DNA of 28,873 nucleotides from an uncultured bacterium (GTDB lineage Bacteria; Abyssobacteria; SURF-5): NCBI GenBank assembly GCA_964607485.1, contig CAZSKP010000048.1, positions 1 to 28,873 of the forward strand, read 5' to 3'. Shown piece by piece: positions 26,707 to 28,873 of this stretch (position 1 is its first letter; each line of letters starts with the position of its first letter). The notes under the pieces were generated by a model. It saw only the letters and a program-made list of their open reading frames with translations, ran no database searches and was not told where the DNA came from. The position numbers and the translations under genes were made by a program.

Positions 26707-27000
26707 TCAGCCCTGGAATATCTCCGTCATCATCGGTCCGAGCATTTCCCTCACGGTGCCCGCAAAGGCGTCGGCTTTGACCAGCGATATGCAGCACACC
26801 TTCCCGTCCGACTCGAAGCTGATCACCGCCAGCTTTTCGCCGGCTTTAATCCCGGCTTTGTCTCTCACTTCCTTGGGGAGGACCGTCTGTCCCCTCGCGT
26901 CAATGGTAATGAGCGCCTCGACTCTGCAGCAGGGCGCATCCTGTGACAGCGCCCCGGTGCCACAGCAGCCGGCGGCCTTTGTTTTTTTGTTTTTGGCCAT
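26707..27000 (-). CDS. hgcC: HgcC-like AbrB/SpoVT-fold protein with three vicinal Cys-Cys pairs
   Basis: AbrB motif IDARGQTVLPKEVRDKAGIKAGEKL flanked by GCCG, PCCRVEAL and KVCCISLVK. This matches my recollection of the HgcAB-associated HgcC family. SD GAGGAGG. Confidence 0.78.
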   Translation of the reverse strand: MAKNKKTKAAGCCGTGALSQDAPCCRVEALITIDARGQTVLPKEVRDKAGIKAGEKLAVISFESDGKVCCISLVKADAFAGTVREMLGPMMTEIFQG

Positions 27001-27013
27001 ACCCTCACCTCCT

Positions 27014-27049
27014 CTGAATCAGTAATATCAGAATAATCAGATTAGTCTT
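27014..27049. promoter_or_regulatory. Putative operator: ATCAG direct repeats at 9-bp period in the hgcC 5' leader
   Basis: ATCAG at 27018, 27027 and 27036 with A/T-only spacers; nested dyads CTGA-A-TCAG and TAATC-A-GATTA; lies between the -10 box and the SD. Confidence 0.55.
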
Positions 27050-27056
27050 ACTTTTC

Positions 27057-27085
27057 ATTATACACCGCGGAAGATGGATTGTCAA
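27057..27085 (-). promoter_or_regulatory. Consensus sigma70 promoter for hgcC-arsM
   Basis: Minus strand reads TTGACA (27085-27080), 17 nt, TATAAT (27062-27057): an exact consensus match. Confidence 0.85.
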
Positions 27086-27246
27086 GCCCTTTGCCAAGAA
27101 AATCTCTGCCTCCTTCTCCCCGCTAAAAAAGAGAAGAAACAGCAAAGAGATGGGCCAACGTACTGCCCTTCGCTTCTTTTCATTATGAGCAGCCCGGAAC
27201 CGTCTCGCAATACGGAATCAAGCGACGCAGGAAAGAAGCCGACAAT

Positions 27247-27275
27247 TTGACACCTGTTTGGCGCGACACTATAAT
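27247..27275 (+). promoter_or_regulatory. Consensus sigma70 promoter for the small membrane protein gene
   Basis: TTGACA, 17 nt, TATAAT, exact consensus, about 50 nt before the ATG at 27325. Confidence 0.85.
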
Positions 27276-27324
27276 TGAAACAATTCCTTTGTCACAAACG
27301 CAAAGCCAAGATGGAGGACTGCTG

Positions 27325-27468
27325 ATGATCCGCAAATTGATCATTATCGCAATCTTGGCGGCAATAGCCTACGGCGTTTTCAGGTGGATGGACGCTTCCA
27401 ACTTCTTTGGCGTCCGCGACCAGAAACGCAAGACCTTCGAGGACGTCGAGAGGAAAGCGCTCGAGTAG
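27325..27468 (+). CDS. Small (47 aa) single-pass membrane protein
   Basis: SD GGAGG; MIRKLIIIAILAAIAYGVFRWM hydrophobic helix plus charged tail; own promoter. Confidence 0.75.
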   Translation: MIRKLIIIAILAAIAYGVFRWMDASNFFGVRDQKRKTFEDVERKALE

Positions 27469-27533
27469 AGCAGGGTAGTGCCCCGTGGGGCTCTGCGAGA
27501 TCGTGCGCTTCCTATGAAGGGGATGGATGGCGT

Positions 27534-27941
27534 ATGCTGAACAGTGAGGCCGGATACAGGAGAATGTTCACTCTGGCGGCAATCTACAACTTGGGGCTCG
27601 GCTTCGTATTTCTGGTTTTCTTCTCCCAACTCATGGTTCTCTTCCACATGCCCGTCCCCCCTCCCGAAATGGCCGTCTTTCACCAGATGGCAATCCTGCT
27701 CGCGATGGTCTTTGGAGTAGGCTATCGGATGGTCAGTCGAGACCTTCACGGACAGAAGGGAATAGTCGTCCTGGGCGCTATCGGGAAGGTCGTCGTTTTC
27801 CTGCTGTTCCTGTATCATTTCATATTCTCGGGTCTGCACGTGGCCATCTTCCTGATAGGCGTGGGCGACCTCATCTTTGCCGTTCTCTTCTGCAAGTTTC
27901 TGATGTTCGATCATGACCGAACAAGGCCTGAAGCGGCGTAA
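27534..27941 (+). CDS. Hypothetical 4-TM membrane protein
   Basis: Four hydrophobic segments with polar motifs AAIYN, FG.GY, G.IGK and GDL; ATG at 27534 avoids overlap with the upstream gene. Confidence 0.75.
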   Translation: MLNSEAGYRRMFTLAAIYNLGLGFVFLVFFSQLMVLFHMPVPPPEMAVFHQMAILLAMVFGVGYRMVSRDLHGQKGIVVLGAIGKVVVFLLFLYHFIFSGLHVAIFLIGVGDLIFAVLFCKFLMFDHDRTRPEAA

Positions 27942-27953
27942 CCGGATCCAATC

Positions 27954-28873
27954 GTGGCACGCATAATAGTAAAAGAGAGAGGCTGGGAAACTCGGAGCTT
28001 TTCCGTTAGCGACGGCAAAATGAGCGTGGGTCGGTCGAGCGAGAACAGCATCGCGCTGAGCAACCGGTACGCCTCCGGACACCATTGCGAGATATCGTGC
28101 GAGGAGGGCGAATGCACGCTGTCCGACCTTGGCAGCACCAACGGCGTGTTCGTCAACGGCGTCAGGGTCGCCGGCAAGAAGCTCGAGGACGGAGACCGGA
28201 TACTGGTTGGAGGCGCCCTGCTGATTTACATCGCCGACGAGGGAGCTGTCGAGCTGGACAGCCTCGTCGGACAACTGCAAAACGGCCTGCCGAACGAACG
28301 CGAGCTTGCCGCCAACCTGTTGGGCCAGCTAGGCACTCCGGCGGTCGCGGAGCCGCTGTTTGCCGCCCTGAAGGAAGACCCGGAATCCAAAGTCAAGGCG
28401 GCGGCCGCCGAGGCGCTCGGGCTGCTGGGCGGGTCCGGTGCCGTCAAAACGCTTCTCACCTATTTCGACACGACCGACGCGTTGCTGAGAAATTCGGTGG
28501 TTCGAGCGATTATCAGGCTGGCGGACGACAAAGCCGTCGATGGAGTCGCCGGTTTCCTCAAGCACGAGGACAGACGAGTCCGCGTGCTTGTCGCATACAC
28601 CCTCGGACAGACCCATAATCCGCGCGCGACGAAGCATCTCACGAAGGCGCTCGGCGACGACGCGTTTGCCGTGCGCGAGGCCGCCGTCAAGGCGCTGGGC
28701 GACCTGGAGGACCAAAAGGCGTTGGGTGCGCTGATGGAAGCTGCGAAAGACCCCCACCGTTTTCCCCAGGTGTGGGTGATAGAATCGCTGGGAAAACTCA
28801 GAAGCCCCAAGGCGCTGCCCGTCATTGTAAAGGCGCTCAAGGGTGCCGACCCGGAGGCTCGCGAGGCCGCAGG
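27954..28873 (+). CDS. FHA domain + HEAT/PBS-lyase repeat protein, 3'-partial
   Basis: Translated by hand from GTG at 27954: VGRSSEN...ASGHHCEI...DLGSTNGVFVNG...LEDGDRI.VG (FHA), then repeats such as VKAAAAEALGLLG and VREAAVKALGDL. Open to the window end and absent from the ORF track. Confidence 0.9.
   Translation, partial: MARIIVKERGWETRSFSVSDGKMSVGRSSENSIALSNRYASGHHCEISCEEGECTLSDLGSTNGVFVNGVRVAGKKLEDGDRILVGGALLIYIADEGAVELDSLVGQLQNGLPNERELAANLLGQLGTPAVAEPLFAALKEDPESKVKAAAAEALGLLGGSGAVKTLLTYFDTTDALLRNSVVRAIIRLADDKAVDGVAGFLKHEDRRVRVLVAYTLGQTHNPRATKHLTKALGDDAFAVREAAVKALGDLEDQKALGALMEAAKDPHRFPQVWVIESLGKLRSPKALPVIVKALKGADPEAREAA

Noticed and set aside
25843-27000. Mercury methylation locus
   Set aside because: No HgcA cap-helix motif N(V/I)WCA(A/G)GK and no HgcB ferredoxin nearby; the 4Fe-4S gene at 18420 belongs with the AOR.
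1-28873. tRNA, rRNA, integrase/transposase genes, or selenocysteine read-through
   Set aside because: None recognisable by eye, and no in-frame TGA at a conserved Cys position was noticed; a covariance-model scan would be needed to exclude small RNAs.

Overview
GC-rich bacterial chromosomal segment, probably from an anaerobe (tungsten-type AOR, a UroD/MtaA-family protein, ArsM). The C-terminal domain of the beta-propeller protein recalls candidate-phylum Abyssubacteria/Hydrogenedentota-like genomes, but that is unverified recollection. Gene order: partial MBL-fold hydrolase; PocR-AraC regulator and EthD protein; acyl-CoA dehydrogenase (-); a lower-GC orphan Rhs cassette (core, frameshifted His/Cys protease-like tip, membrane-anchored partner, second truncated core); a pdhA-pdhB-osmC-pdhC operon ending at a terminator with no E3 gene; GT4 glycosyltransferase; fused aconitase-family enzyme; secreted 14-blade BNR propeller behind a long structured leader; DUF302 protein; amidase; 4Fe-4S subunit plus AOR; ankyrin-PDZ-S41 protein lacking its catalytic residues; ketopantoate reductase-like protein; a minus-strand run of hgcC-like AbrB gene, arsM, SAM methyltransferase and UroD/MtaA-like gene; two membrane proteins; and a partial FHA-HEAT protein. 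Best leads: (1) a Cys-pair-rich HgcC/AbrB-type regulator heading arsM with a consensus promoter and phased 9-bp repeats, with no hgcAB or arsR in the window; (2) an E3-less PDH operon with an embedded OsmC protein; (3) an S41 pseudoprotease; (4) the Rhs tip whose natural-looking C-terminus lies in another frame. All family calls come from motif recognition only; no database searches were run.
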